DNA of 64,000 bases from Carcharhinus amblyrhynchos (lineage: Eukaryota): positions 53,134,001 through 53,198,000 of the forward strand of contig OZ336881.1 of NCBI GenBank assembly GCA_965287045.1, given 5' to 3'. Positions within the stretch are counted from its first letter, which is position 1. Every line of letters starts with the position of its first letter. The notes beneath the pieces were generated by a model, which was not told where the DNA came from, did not search any database, and saw only the letters and a list, made by a program, of their open reading frames with translations. This document shows positions 51,206 to 64,000 of this stretch, piece by piece. The position numbers and the translations under genes are program-made.

Positions 51206-54200
51206 ATTCTACAAGCATTATTCACTAAAACTTCAAGTCGGCTGCTTGTCTGGAGTGGCAAGGAGCGGGTGTCCCAGGGTAGACCGATGGAAAAGAAATA
51301 AATATTTTGAAATGAGCATAAAATACATGAAGAATTTATGCAGGCGCAATAAACTGACCTCAACTGTATTAACATTAGTGGGGGTTTTGGGCAGGGTGAT
51401 ACAGAAGTCATACGTTTTAAATTTAGAAACTGCAAATATAATACGTCAGCATGGTAAAATGGCAGTGTGCAAGCTGGAACTGAAAATTTAACTGACCACC
51501 TGACTTCACATAAATGCAACCCCATGGATTGGTACCAAGCTGAAAATAAACAGGAAAAAAAACAATACCACATCTTAAGCAAAGGCACCAGGCTGATTGA
51601 AAAAATTAACTTATCAAAATCAAATATTGCCTACATCATGTGTGCCCTACATGGTCGGTATTTTAAGCTCTGCAGTGAATTCCTTCACCAGTCAATGTGG
51701 GGCACAAACTATAATAGTGTCCAAAAATGACCTGGAGTGAGGGACACTTGCTGCTGGCTGCAGCCATCATCAGCTGTCTTTTATCAAGGTTTCTCTTAAA
51801 GAACCATTATTGAGAGGGCTCTGTGCTTTAATAAGATGAACTCTTGATTAATATGAACTGAATCAGTCAGTCTCGGCAGAGGTTCAGTGTGTTGCCTCAC
51901 AAAATGTGGGACAGTTGAGAAGTATACTGCCAGTGAGGAAGTGAAGTGCTTTTCCGATACTTTCTCAATCAGGAAATGCCTGCTCGACGTGCATGTTTTA
52001 GGTGTCTGCAGAACATCAAAATAACTTTAGCCAACAACTTTAGGAATCACAGCGTAACTGTCAAGTAAACATGAAACACTGTTTATCACCGAGAGAAGGT
52101 ATAAATGTATGTGTAGGCTTTCAGAAGCAAAACTAAGAAAGACGATGCAAAGCTTCTCTGGAGGGTTGTATGTGAGAAAATGTTTGTGAGATTCTAAACA
52201 AAGCTTTCAATACAACCGGAGAAAGTACACAGTTAAAAATAAAACCAGGAAGGTTTACTGGGCAAACCAAATGCATATTCTGTTGGGAAGCATTTTTGAA
52301 CAAGTGACAAGGGGGCAGCTGTTAACAATGTCTGGCACTTTTGTCTTTCATATCATTTTTGTTCATATACTACAGTATGTTTGTTTACGGTGCATAACAT
52401 TTCCTGGCCAAGATGGCCTTGCTGCAATTTATAGCAGATCTTTTCAGAACTACTGCTAGTGTCCACTTTTAAACTAAAACAATTAGCCATAACTTAGTTT
52501 TATGGTATTCGGTATTGATATTTCATATATTTTTGAGCAAAGCTATCAAACATGCAAACAGAATGCTCTGTTATCCTGCTCAATATGTAAAAATTTGAAT
52601 ATATGTCATTTAATCATCTTCATGAAATATATAAAATGCACACAGTATTCATAAAGGTATCTTGCTCAGGTCTTTGTTCATTCCAGAATGATGGAATTGC
52701 TGGGGGCACCGTATAGTTTTTACTGGAGAATGGTATCACTCTCCCAGTTGCCCTGTTGTGCTTTTAATGTATAGTCTCTATATGAAACGGCAGACACAAA
52801 AGGCTTGCTGCCCAGAAGAGACCACTTTGCAGCTAAACACTGTAGATAGTCACAAAGATGTTAATTTCATGCAACTCACAACCAGCAGTCCATTTAAAGC
52901 ACAACTGATCCTTACTCTGGGTTGAATATATGAAGCAAATGCAAGTAAAACTAATTTAACCTTTGAAAACTTATCTCCAGGGGGGAAAACAGTCAAAATC
53001 CCTTTATAAGATTTTTAAGCACTGCAATTATTGATGAGTACTATATTACTTCAATTTTCTCTGATCAGAAAAGCAAAACCACCAGAGACTGGAGCAGCTG
53101 TCAAGTCATTTTCCGACTGGAATGAAGTAGTTTACAGTGGGTTTGTGTTGGTCTCCGAAGACCCAGTTAAGAAGCCTTTTTAAACTGCCTTAAAAAAGCC
53201 AACTCATACATTAATCAACTTCAGCCTCTGCCTATACTTGCTGCAATACATCAATTACTACACTTTTCTAATAAATTCCCGTTGACGGTGACTGCCTTAT
53301 TAAAGCCTACTAAAACGATACAATATAAGTAAAAGGCTATTAATAGTACCTATCGGCGCAGCTATCGCCTTACGAAGAATTACTGCACAATCTGCTAACG
53401 GAATTCATACTGCATTACAATTAACATCAGTAAAGCTAATTCTAACAACATCCAGCTTGCTAATTTTATACACTAATAATAAAAGACATTGCTATGCAAG
53501 ATCAGCCTCTTTTATCATGCTTCCATGGCTCACCAGAGATCTCCTGCCATTGTTCACATGAAAGACAATTATACCAAAGAACATCAAACCCAAAAATGAC
53601 AATCTGCTAACCAGCACTGGGTATTGCTAGATTCATTTCTCCATTTTCTGAACCAATAGACAACAATTCTCGGTGGACACGGGAGGGGGTTGGCGGGGGG
53701 GCTGGTGGAGGAACGAAGTGCCCTGCACTGATTTATGCTTCTCTCTTCTGCATGCATCAACTGACTGCTGCCATTTCCCGATCAACATTTTTATAGCCCG
53801 AGGTTCAAAATGCTGGACACGTTTGAAGAAATGCACCAATAATGACGGCCATATATTTCCATATTTAAAAACAATGCTGCATGTTTGGAAAACGAACTGC
53901 AGCGTGCCACAGGGGAGTCCGTGCCACAACAGGTTGTATGCTAAACCTCAGCCCTGACAGCTGTAGCAATGCAGGTCTCCCCTTACCCCCAAAACGAAAA
54001 GGAATGGTTGTGTCTGCACAGCAGTAAAAGGGCCTTCGTGTGCCTGGTTACCACACCAGCACGTGCTGGCCGGCTTACTTCCAGCTCAGCAAGCGGACTT
54101 AAGTTTATTGTGTGACAATGAATAGGACTCGAGAAGTTAAATTACACTAAATATTTGCGAGCTGAAGGTGTTGCATTACATTGGAAAAAAAGAGATATTT

Positions 54201-56654
54201 GGGTCCAAAGCAGGTACTTGCAAATTTCATGCTTTGCAGAAAAGGCTATAAAATTATGTGCCTCACACAGCATAATAAGAACAGCCCAAAATAAGGTCTT
54301 CAATCTCTTTTAGTGTGTCCACCACGACTTAAATTCTGCTTTACAACTGTACCATATTTCCTAACTGTTTCTGTTCTTCTTTAATGCCTTTTGTCAGAAT
54401 TTCTCGACTAGAAACCGAAGATTAACTTTGCTTGGCACAAGTGACATAGTCTGCTTTATATTATCTTACAAATCATCAGGCACTCAATCCCCTCTGCCGT
54501 CTGATTAAGGTAGCTGCTGTATAACACAGCGTTACAGTGACGGGTGACAATCGTAGCCTTTCTCATGAAGTTGCACTGTGCATTGCAACATGAACCATAG
54601 CACGAGCAGACCTTATGCTGCTATCTGGATAACCTGGTTTGAATTTTTTTTTAATTATAACACTTAGAACATTTCTCGACTAAGCAAACTTAAAAAGCCT
54701 ATTTTCAGCATTTTGTTAAACTCAACTGTAATTACTATAATTCCAGCTGCCTGACCCATTCTACTTCTAGCAACCCAGAAACAGACAGAAATAAATACTG
54801 CAGGAGGGCTCCAAAATAGATCCACAACTACACTATAACACTAACCTATAGAAAATGTTTTTTTGTTGTCTCAATCTATCTTCATTTTGATGCCTTCAGT
54901 AAGACTTCATCTAATCTTCATTACTAGTGCAAGCATAGTGTGTTGAATTCAGAGGTTGCAAATTTTAAAAAGTCAATTATTGAAACAGCTCAGAGAATGA
55001 AACCCAAGCATTTTTGCAACATCTTCCAGCTTCGTACAAGTTAGCATAGCCAGGAACTCTTGAGATATCCATGCAGCTAAAATTTTTATTTGATTCTAAA
55101 TTGGTGCAAGTGACCTGAAGTATAATCCCATTGTGGACAAGGGGACTGTTTTGGCATCAGTTTCTGGGGTTAGGTGGGTGGGTAGGATAAGCTTGCAGGA
55201 ATAAAAGTAAAAGAGGGCTTTGCCATGATCCTCAACTGTGTCCCCATGGAAAACTGAACAAGAAGTTATACGGACAAATCTGCAGACTGCACCATATTGC
55301 CTTTTCAAAGAGCTGTTTGGTAATCATAATTTGGGCAAAAAATTAATTACATACGGCAATAGGGAAGAATTGCAAAAAATAAAATTGCCTTTGTATCTAC
55401 ACAGAATTTTCAATGGCCAGAAATGTCTTACAAATGATACAGAATATCAGAATAACCCATGTTGCCAAAATGTCTGGTAATATTTTGCAATGCAGAAGGG
55501 CACGTATGAATTAAAAAATATTTTGAGAAAGTTGTGCAGAATCTAAGTGACTGACTAATTGTGTGGACAGATTTGGACAGCTCTGATATACAGCACTGAA
55601 ACAATCCTCTAATATTCCCAAAAAGTTCATTTTACCTGCTATACATTACCATCTTTTAACAGGACATGAAACCTAATGCTGATGCTGAATGTGTGGATGG
55701 TGGAAGCTGCATCTCATGTGCTACTTACAGCCTACACAAGAACCAGTGAGCTCTTTATTTTGGCTCCTTTCTGTGCTGCATTAAATGTTTCCTCTTCCCT
55801 AAAGCAACTGCTTATAAACCTCCAGGGAATCTCAATTTCATTTTTCGAAATATGAACTAGCGGTATTATAATTTCTCTCCTTGCTATGCAGTCATGGCCT
55901 TTACTTTAATACAAAAATAACCTTTACAATAAAAAACATACAATTTAACATTTCCATGGACAAAACCTGATTTGCATTAGACTCCACTCTGGTTCTTAAA
56001 CAACTAATATGTTGAAAGCAGGGCTTTTGAAGACTTTCCCTTTCACCCCAATAATCCAAGCCCGAGAGAAAAGGAAAAGTACATGGCTCTTGATTTATCA
56101 AACGACCTGCTATCAAATTAAATTTGTTCTGCAAAAGCCTAACTGTATTACTTTTTTTTCCATACAAGCCAAAGCAATCTTCGGGATATGTTTGTGCACA
56201 AAATTAGGTTGTGCGGATTTCAGTTAATTACAGTAGCACAGAAAGGATAATGAAATCCATCACCATTTAGTGCTGCATAACACACAGAAAAAAATGGAAA
56301 CGGGAATGACAGGATGAAATGATTAATACATTCTTTAAATGTAATTAAAACAAAAAAAAACATCTAAATGATCATAGTCAATTTTCAGAATTCTGAGACT
56401 TTGAACTTGTACAGTTAGCGTACATTTTTCTTTCATTGCTGCACAATGTTCAAATTTGATAGCACAGTTATGTTTCTTTTAATTTTTAATGCCATTTTTC
56501 TTCTGGTAAATTAACTCATATCTTCTGTCTCCCTGATCTCTGCAATTCTACTGCTGAGAGGGTGAATGGCCTGCTTCCCCTTGAAGCCAATGGCCCTTGC
56601 AAACGGCCACTAGAAGACATTGGGGGATCAACAGAATGACTTTTAATTTGTTCA

Positions 56655-56950
56655 AAGGATGCAGGAAATGCTGGCAAGGCTGCTTTCATTACCGATCTTT
56701 AGCTGCCCTGAAAGAACGGTAGTGAGCATCCTCCTTGAAGAGCTGCGGTCTTTGTGGCCATCATTCTATGCATAGGAGGCGAGACGGGGAATTCCAGGTC
56801 ACTGTCACAACGACAATGAACAATGAGATACATCCAAATCAGGAAATGTGAGATTTAGAAGAGAACGTGGAGGTGGCAGTGTTTTCACAACACTGCTGCC
56901 ATTATCCTTCTCGGTGGTAGAGGTCACAGGGGAAGGGAGTGCTGTTGAAA
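56655..56950 (-). mobile_element. Non-LTR retrotransposon 3' remnant (CR1/L2 group)
   Basis: GCTGGCAAGGC...GGTAGTGAGC..CCTCCTTGAA...GGGAATTCCAGG...GGTAGAGGTCACAGGG resembles a common shark LINE end as I recall it. Confidence 0.5.
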
Positions 56951-57492
56951 GTCTCTCCTCCCAATTTTCACTCTGCCCCCATACGTCTCCCGGTGGGACA
57001 ACTCTACTCTCTAAACTCTGTGCTGCTGAAATTGGGAAATCAGCAGACAGACTGAGCATCCTTGGCTCTGAGCATGAGCATTGGAATCAATATCCCACCC
57101 AACAAATAATACACTTATACTCATTTCAGCACTGAAAACCAGATTGATGAAAATAAGAACTCCCTGACTGGGGTTTTTTCGGTTTGAGGTTATCTTACAT
57201 TTATGGAACCAAGAAATGGTCATGAGTTGCCATCCAGTATAGCCTTATATCAATAATGAATAGTTTGCATACAGCTACTTACTAATACACTGCTATTTAA
57301 CTTGGTATTTTAGGGTATAACTTCTGAGCAAATAAATGACTTTTGGGACTATACTAAAAGGGCCTGAGCTGAATCTTCATATATTTTGGGGCCATGGCTT
57401 CCCTCAATGACCACCCAGGAAGCCAAGACAAAATTCTTTCCAAGCTAACTAGCTGAAATTAGCAGAGTAGATGTGTGGAATAAATGGAATAT

Positions 57493-57566
57493 GCCTGGGT
57501 GGGATTGTAGTCGGTACAGACTCAATGGGCCAAATGGCCCCCTTCTGTACTATAGGGATTCTATGA
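57493..57566 (+). mobile_element. HE1 SINE 3' fragment
   Basis: GCCTGGGTGGGATTGTAGTCGG...GGGATTCTATG. Confidence 0.8.
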
Positions 57567-57879
57567 AAGCCAAAAGCAACTGTTTGAGAAATAAATGGGT
57601 TAAGGGTTAATTTGGTGAATTAGGTTATTCAGGCCCCTAAAAATCCTTGGACCCCATGTTGTACTCCTGCCATAACTTAAGCAAGAGCGTACCAAAAGGG
57701 GTTCATAATCAGGAAAGAGAAGGGAGAATCTGATAATGTGGAAGAAACCCCACCAGCTAAAGAGCAGGTTATGTACAAACTATCTCAGCGTTCGGAGTTA
57801 TGTAGCCCAGGGAGAGCAGAAAGGAAAGACAGAAAAATCAAAACAAATCAAATATACCCACCCTAAAGAGAAACACATT

Positions 57880-57972
57880 AAAAGAAAGAACTTGTGCTTC
57901 TATAGCATCATTCATGACCTCAGGACATCCCAAAGCACTTCATAACCAATGATGTTCTTTTGAAGTGTAGAC
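57880..57972 (-). mobile_element. Deu-SINE 3' fragment
   Basis: GACCTCAGGACATCCCAAAGCAC...CCAATGA...TTTGAAGTGTAG. Confidence 0.6.
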
Positions 57973-59451
57973 CTTGTGTGTGCAAACACAAGCACTTATT
58001 TCCAATTTTCGGCAGTAGCAGGTGATGGATTTAAAACTAGAAATACACCTTTAAACTCAGGAAAGATATACCTGTCTTTATGTTTTAAAACTGTTGATCA
58101 GCCAATGTCATTGGTGTACGAGCCAGTTTCTTAGTATTTAATCTAATAGTTTTAATAACTCCAAATATTTCCCACTTTTATTGTGAAGTACCTGCATTTT
58201 AAAATCTTAGTTTCATTGTTAAAACCTCATTGATTAAGTTTGCTGCCCCTTGGTCCAGAAATTTAAGAAAATTGTCATTTCTGTATTCTTCACATTGCCA
58301 GGTCTGAACTGCTGCTATGGAAGCCATAATTGATGTACACATAGAAAGCCATAAAAGGGAACACCATCAGTTAATAAAATGTTGTTACAAACACAGTGAA
58401 CTAAAGAGAAAATGACCAAAAAAAGGCACAAAAGATATCTCTTCTTACTTGATTCTTAAGCTAACTCAATAACCTATTCACTCTGACAACTCCAGCCTCT
58501 CATCAGTTCCTCTGTTCTGCACATCTAGCCCCTCTCCCTTTTTCATCTACCTTAAATGTTACTATCTTAAATAATGGTCCATTCAGAAACAGTTTACCCA
58601 ATTCACTGCTTTCCAGTTCCTTATAATTAATTTGCATCTGTGGGAATTTTGAATGTCCCTTCACACTCCAATTTAAAAGGCACAGAGAGAGGAGAAATAA
58701 TCTTGCAGGGAACTCACAAAAAAGGACAAGAATGGGAAAATAGAAATACAAAGGATTCACACATAAAGAGAAGCAGGTAAAAAGATTTTGAACATTGTGT
58801 GAAAGAAGAAATAAATTGAAACAAAGAAATTGCTTTATGTGCTAAGTTATTGTTGTATACTTTTTAAAAGCTATTAGATTAAATATTAAGAAACTGACTC
58901 ATGTGCACCAATGCATAAGTAAACAGTTTTGTGCAGTTTATTACAACTAATTTAAAATCAGGTTACTCACAGATGTTGGACAGATACTGATATAAAGGCA
59001 TAGATGTTCATGGAGTTGCGGAGACCACATGGATCTTCCAAAATGGTGGGCATGGCTGTGATCCAGGTGTCCTGCCCCCATTTAAGACAGAGGCTATTTT
59101 CGTCAGTCGGGGAAATGGAGCAGGGCTTGAAATAAAAAGGCTGGAAGGGCTATTACAACTCAGCACAGAGTTCCAGCAGACCACATTTCCACTGCAGCAA
59201 GGACCTTAATCCAAAATGTGGGAGTTACAAATTTTGAGTAGTTGTAAATGCTCTGGAAGGTGAGATATGGTCTTTAGAACTCTCAAGAAAATAGTTAGCT
59301 AATACTCAGATCGTTAAAACAATATGGGCTTTTGAAAGAGACCCCCTTGGCACTCAGCAGCTCCTCAGGCCACCTCCCAATCCACGCCTGGAAGAAATGG
59401 GACCAGAATGTCTGCACCTGCCTCCCCCACCTGGAACAAAGATCCTGCCAT

Positions 59452-61535
59452 TAGATAAGATGCCACATCGAAGGTTGTTACAGAAAACAAAAGCTCATGG
59501 TGTTGGGGATAGATTATTAGCGTGGATAGAAGATTGGGGCAGCTGGCAGAAAACAGAGAGCAAGCATAAATGGGTCTTTTTCTGATTGGCAGGATGTGAT
59601 GAGTGGCGTCCCACAGCGGCCTGCACTGGGGTTCAACTTTTTCCAATCTATATCAATGATTTAGATGAGGGGAGAGGAGTCATGGTGACTAAATTTGCAG
59701 ATAGCACAAAGGCAGGTAGGGCAGAATGTTGTGAAAAAGACGTAAGGAGATTGCAGATGGATATAGCTAGGTTGAATGAAGGAGCAAAAATCTAGCAGAT
59801 GAAGTATAGAGGGCAATCTTGAGTTTGCCATCTGTGCGAATGCTGGCTGGGCCTCAAGATCCGGAAGTTGCAGATCTCACAGGCAGAAGAGCTCTTCCCC
59901 ACACCTCACCAGCGACGTCATCAGGTTCATGCCCGTAATGGGCTTTATCCTGCTTTACATGAATTTGAATGGATTTTGATACCATTAACCCACCTCTTTG
60001 CAGTATATTGACCCCTTCCCTGCTGAATGTTAACATTGCATCAACCTGATGTCACATCGGTGCGGTTTACAACAGGTTCACCCAGGCGTAAACTTATTGT
60101 GGGGGTCTCCCCAGGGACATAAACGTGAGTATAGCCACTGGGGGGGGTAAAGGGAAATAGCCAGACAGTGGCCCAGCAATGCCCCCTGGCATTAATCCTA
60201 GGCACAGATTGAAACCATGCCATCCTGGCAGTGTCACAATGTCAGTGCCACCCTGACAGTGCCAAACTGTGCCAAGGGGCGGGCACCAGTAGCAGCCTCA
60301 TGGGGGAGAGGGGATTCATTCAGAATTGGTTTTGGTTGGGAGCAGACGGAGGAGAAAGAGATGCCACAGGTGGCTGGAGGGTGAGGGCTAACTCCGACTG
60401 TGGAGGGGAGCCGAGGAAGGGGCTGATAATTGGGATGGGGGAAGGGCAAAGAAGTGCTGACTCCAATCGGGGGTGGGGAGGGCAGCTCCTGAGGCCTCCA
60501 AGATGTGCAGGGGGAAAGATTTGTACAGGGTGTATTTGGAGCATCCTTCAAAGGTGGCACCCCAATCTCAGTGCAGCTGGTCTTTCCCAGTGCATTGAGG
60601 CCCCATTCCCCCACTCTTATGTCGTATGATCTGAAGAGAAAACCAACCAAACACAGCGGTTTTCTTGCTGGAACCGACACTCTGCCATTATTTGGTGAGA
60701 TTCTCCCCATTTTGTAGGAAAATGTGATGGTGTTTACTTTGGCAGGAAGGATAGAAGAGCAGAGCAGTATATAAGTGGTGAACAACTGCAGAATTCCAAG
60801 GTGCAGAGGGATCTAGGTGTTCCAGTGCATGAGTCACAAAACATTAGTGTGCAAATAGAGCAAGTAATCAAGAAGGCTAAAGAACGCTACCCCTTATTAC
60901 AGGAGGAATTAAACATAAAAGTTAACATGTTATGCTTAAGTTATACAGAGCATTTGTGAGACTGTATCTCAAATAATGTATGCAGTTTTGGTCTCTTTAA
61001 TTAAGGAAGGATGTAAATGCATTGGAGTTGGTTCAGAGGAGGTTTATTAGGTTGGTACTTAGAATGAGTGGTTTGTCTTTAGAGAAAAGGTTAAATAGAC
61101 AGAGCTTATTGCCATTCGAGTTTAGTGAGGGTGACTTGATTAAAGTATATGAGATCCTGAATGGTACTGATAAAGTGGAAATAGAGAAAGGATTATCATC
61201 CTTTCTGTATTTCCACCTTATCAGTACCATTCAGGAATATATGGCTGAATTCAGGACTAGGGGGGGCACTGTTTTGAAGTTAGGGTTGCAATAATAGGCT
61301 AAATAAGGAGATTCTGTTTTTCTCAGAAAGTTGTGCGATTTGGAAACTCTCCGCCTCAGGAGGTGTTGGAGGAATGATCATTGAATATTGGTAAGGTGGG
61401 GGTGGATGGATTCTTGTTAGGCAAGCGAATCAAAGGTTATGAGGGAATGTGGAATTCAAAACACAAATAGGTTAGCCATGATTGTATTGAATAGTGAAGC
61501 AGGCTTGATGGGCAGAATGGCTACATCTGCTTCTA
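59452..61535 (+). mobile_element. CR1 LINE RT/3' region, split by a ~900 bp DNA element
   Basis: DKMPHRRLL...IYINDLDEG...KFADSTK (59452-59810) resumes at ~60712 and runs to ELVQRRFIRL and the tail. Confidence 0.9.
59811..60708. mobile_element. Non-autonomous DNA element (Harbinger-like) inserted in the CR1
   Basis: Inverted ends GGGCAATCTT ... GAGATTCTCCCC; it cleanly interrupts the CR1 sequence. Confidence 0.55.
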
Positions 61536-61899
61536 TCACCTGAGGAGGGCGTGGCAACCAAGAGATTTCCCAACTTTCACCACACAAACAGGACAGAACA
61601 TAGACCAAAACGTCTCAGCTGCAAGTAAATCGTGGGTGTGGGAATCATTGTTTGTTTCTGACAAAGAGGGATAGCAAATTTGCACCACTGTTCATTGACG
61701 TGATTGTAGTGTGTAGCCCACACTAAGTGCTCTCCTGAGAGGCTGTACATCTAAGCAGGGAGTGCAAAATCATGGGAGACAAATGCCACTTAAAACTAGC
61801 CTACAATACTTAAAGCCCGTCTGCACCTCTTAAAGGGTATTCTGGCTAAAGCAGGTACTCGAAGTGCTTGGAGAGGTGTATCCACGCAGGAACAACATT

Positions 61900-62090
61900 G
61901 AAAATTGATACAGAAGGGCAGAAAGCAAACTCAAGGTTCTCCAACAAAGCACTGGGAGTCTTATTGCAGGATGCTCTATTCACAGAGGGACAGGAAGACC
62001 TCCAGATAAAAACCACAAAAACAGCAGGAGTAGGTAACTGGGTGAAATGCTGCAAAAAACTCAATGACCTGACCAAAGTGGTCAGGGTCA
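61900..62090 (+). pseudogene. Myb/SANT-like DNA-binding ORF fragment of a Harbinger transposon
   Basis: ORF 61868..62191 contains SRFSNKALGVLL...WVKCCKKLNDLTKVVR, matching the RFS..LEVL...WxQCRKKFNDL signature; internally deleted. Confidence 0.7.
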
Positions 62091-62714
62091 CTGAACGCAA
62101 GTTCAAATGTCATTTTCTACAAATGAGCCATGAGCCACACACACAACACTTCAGTGACTTCCGCTCCTTCATTCAAACTTTATGTTCATAATTTCACCTC
62201 ACTCTCACACAATTAGCACTTTGATAAGCTTCACACGCCGTTCAGAGTTTGCTCACATTGCCAGTTATTCAACCAAGACAGACATAACACCCAAACACAT
62301 TGCACCACACACTGACTCACATACCTCCCTCCCTTTTGCAGGACAAGGTGGCACAGGCAGCAGCACCCAAATGGGTGACAGACATGGTTGCATGTCCTCA
62401 CCCCCACAGAGAAGTAGCTGCTGGCCATTATTGGAGCAGATTGACAGGTCTCGGCCAGCAGTGGGACTGAACGTATTCAAGATAATAGTATTCATCTATC
62501 CAATTCTCCTTCTTAATTTAACTTGCCCATCATCCTGTAATCGGTTTACAGTTATAAAGTGCTGACAAGTCTAAGCATAAATCACTGGCATTTCCCCCTC
62601 CCCTCACCACAATCCTACCTTTGTGTCTTCTTTCAGAGTGGCAGGCTGGCCAGGCAGCAGTGCAGAAACAAGAAGAGACTGATGAAGAAACACCATCAAT
62701 TGTTTTCACACTTA

Positions 62715-63450
62715 CACAAGAATTAGGTGCAGGAGTAGGCCCTCGAGCCTGTCCCTCCATTTGGTAAGATCATGGCCAATCTGAACATAGCCTCAATTCC
62801 ACCCTACCTGATCAAAAATCTATTCAACTCGGCCTTGAACATATTAAATGACCCAAACTCTGCTGCACCCTGGGGAAGAGAATACCACACACTAATGACT
62901 CACTGAGAGAAAAAATATCGCAGTCTTAAATGAGAGACTCCTAACTGTGCCCCCGAGTTCGAGACTCCCTCAAGGGGGACATCATCTCAGTATTCACCCT
63001 GTCAACTTAAATGTTACAATATAATCACTTGTCAACTTCAATGGGTCAATCTGTTGAACCTTTCTTCATAAGATAACCTATTCATCCCAGGAATCAGTTG
63101 AGCGAACCTTCTCTTAGTTGCTTCTAATGTGATTATAAGCTTTCTTAAATAAGGAAACCAAAACTGTACACAACACTCCAGACGCAATTTCATCAAAGCT
63201 CTGTACAAGTGTGGCAAAACTTCCCTATTTTTATACTTGATTCCTCTTGCAGTAAACACCAATATTCCATTTGCCTTCCTAATCACTTGTTGCACTTTCT
63301 TACCAACCTTTTGCGATTCATGTATCAGGACACCCAGATCCCTCTGTATTAAAGAGTTTACATTCTCTTTCCATTCAAACAATGTGCTGCTTTTCTATTC
63401 TGCCTTGCAATGTTGATCAAGTTCACGTTCTTCCACATTATTCTCTCTCT
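62715..63450 (-). mobile_element. CR1 LINE 3' fragment
   Basis: ORF 63038..63382 (QRDLGVLIHESQK...LECCVQFWFPYLRK). Confidence 0.9.
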
Positions 63451-63477
63451 GCCATTGTTTTGTCTGTTCAATTAATT

Positions 63478-64000
63478 TTGGTGGCGATTTTGAGCCCACT
63501 CTCTCTGTCTGCGGGAATAGTGGTACACGCTCAAAATCCAGAGAGCACGATTCACACCGGTGAGTTTCCAAGTTCCGATCTTACTCGCCCCCTCACCGGT
63601 GGAGTGATGTGAAACCGCTGCAGAAGGCTCATTTTAATACGTTAGCATGTCATTAGTGAGCACTCTCTCTGAGAGCTCCCCCCTCATCAGATATTCAGCA
63701 AGCGCCGGTGGGACATCACACCATTTATAACATGCCTATATAAGAGTGAACCTGGCACCTTCACTTCCGAGGAGGATTTTGGAGGTGAGCGTTCAGGCAG
63801 TCAGCACCCTCCACAGTGTGTGCTGTTCAGGGGGGACCGGAGAGGACTTGGGAGATAGATACAGTCAACTCGAGTCAGGGGTGGGGTCCCAGAATCACCA
63901 CTTCGGGGAGAGGAATTAGGAGGGGTCACTTGTAGCTCTTACCTTCCCTTCATGTCGGGGTGTCCCATGCTTTAAAGGGGAACTGAAGGCTGTTATGCAG
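63478..64000. mobile_element. Probable non-autonomous Harbinger-like element, cut by the window end
   Basis: Starts GGCGATTTTGAGC with an internal inverted GCTCAAAATC; GC-rich body. Confidence 0.4.

Noticed and set aside
54399-54682. 12-bp direct repeat ATTTCTCGACTA about 270 bp apart
   Set aside because: Too short to separate from chance without conservation data.
1-64000. Short ORFs (60-183 aa) in the six-frame track as host genes
   Set aside because: They are TE fragments, SINE-derived or low-complexity; none forms a recognisable host protein or a consistent exon chain.

Overview
Vertebrate non-coding DNA, almost certainly from a shark: it carries HE1-type V-SINEs, their CR1/HER1-type partner LINEs and SacSINE1-like Deu-SINEs. 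I found no host protein-coding exon that I can name, so this is probably a large intron or a gene desert. Roughly half of the window is decayed mobile DNA: many CR1 LINE pieces, SINEs, L2 tails, one internally deleted Gypsy LTR element (8722-13588), one Penelope-like element (36090-38430), and a Harbinger system made of transposase and Myb/SANT fossils plus many non-autonomous copies. TE-free, partly CpG-retaining stretches between them look like regulatory DNA. Most notable observations: (1) a minimal type-I hammerhead ribozyme core in the Penelope terminal repeat; (2) three, possibly four, local templated insertions of 70-230 bp, each copied from 0.6-1.3 kb away into another element; (3) a strong minus-strand candidate start exon encoding MGTSCAVDFHKLMAE; (4) a dense array of TGACAG motifs. 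TE boundaries were estimated by eye (about +/-20 bp), and family names rest on recalled consensus motifs, not on database searches.
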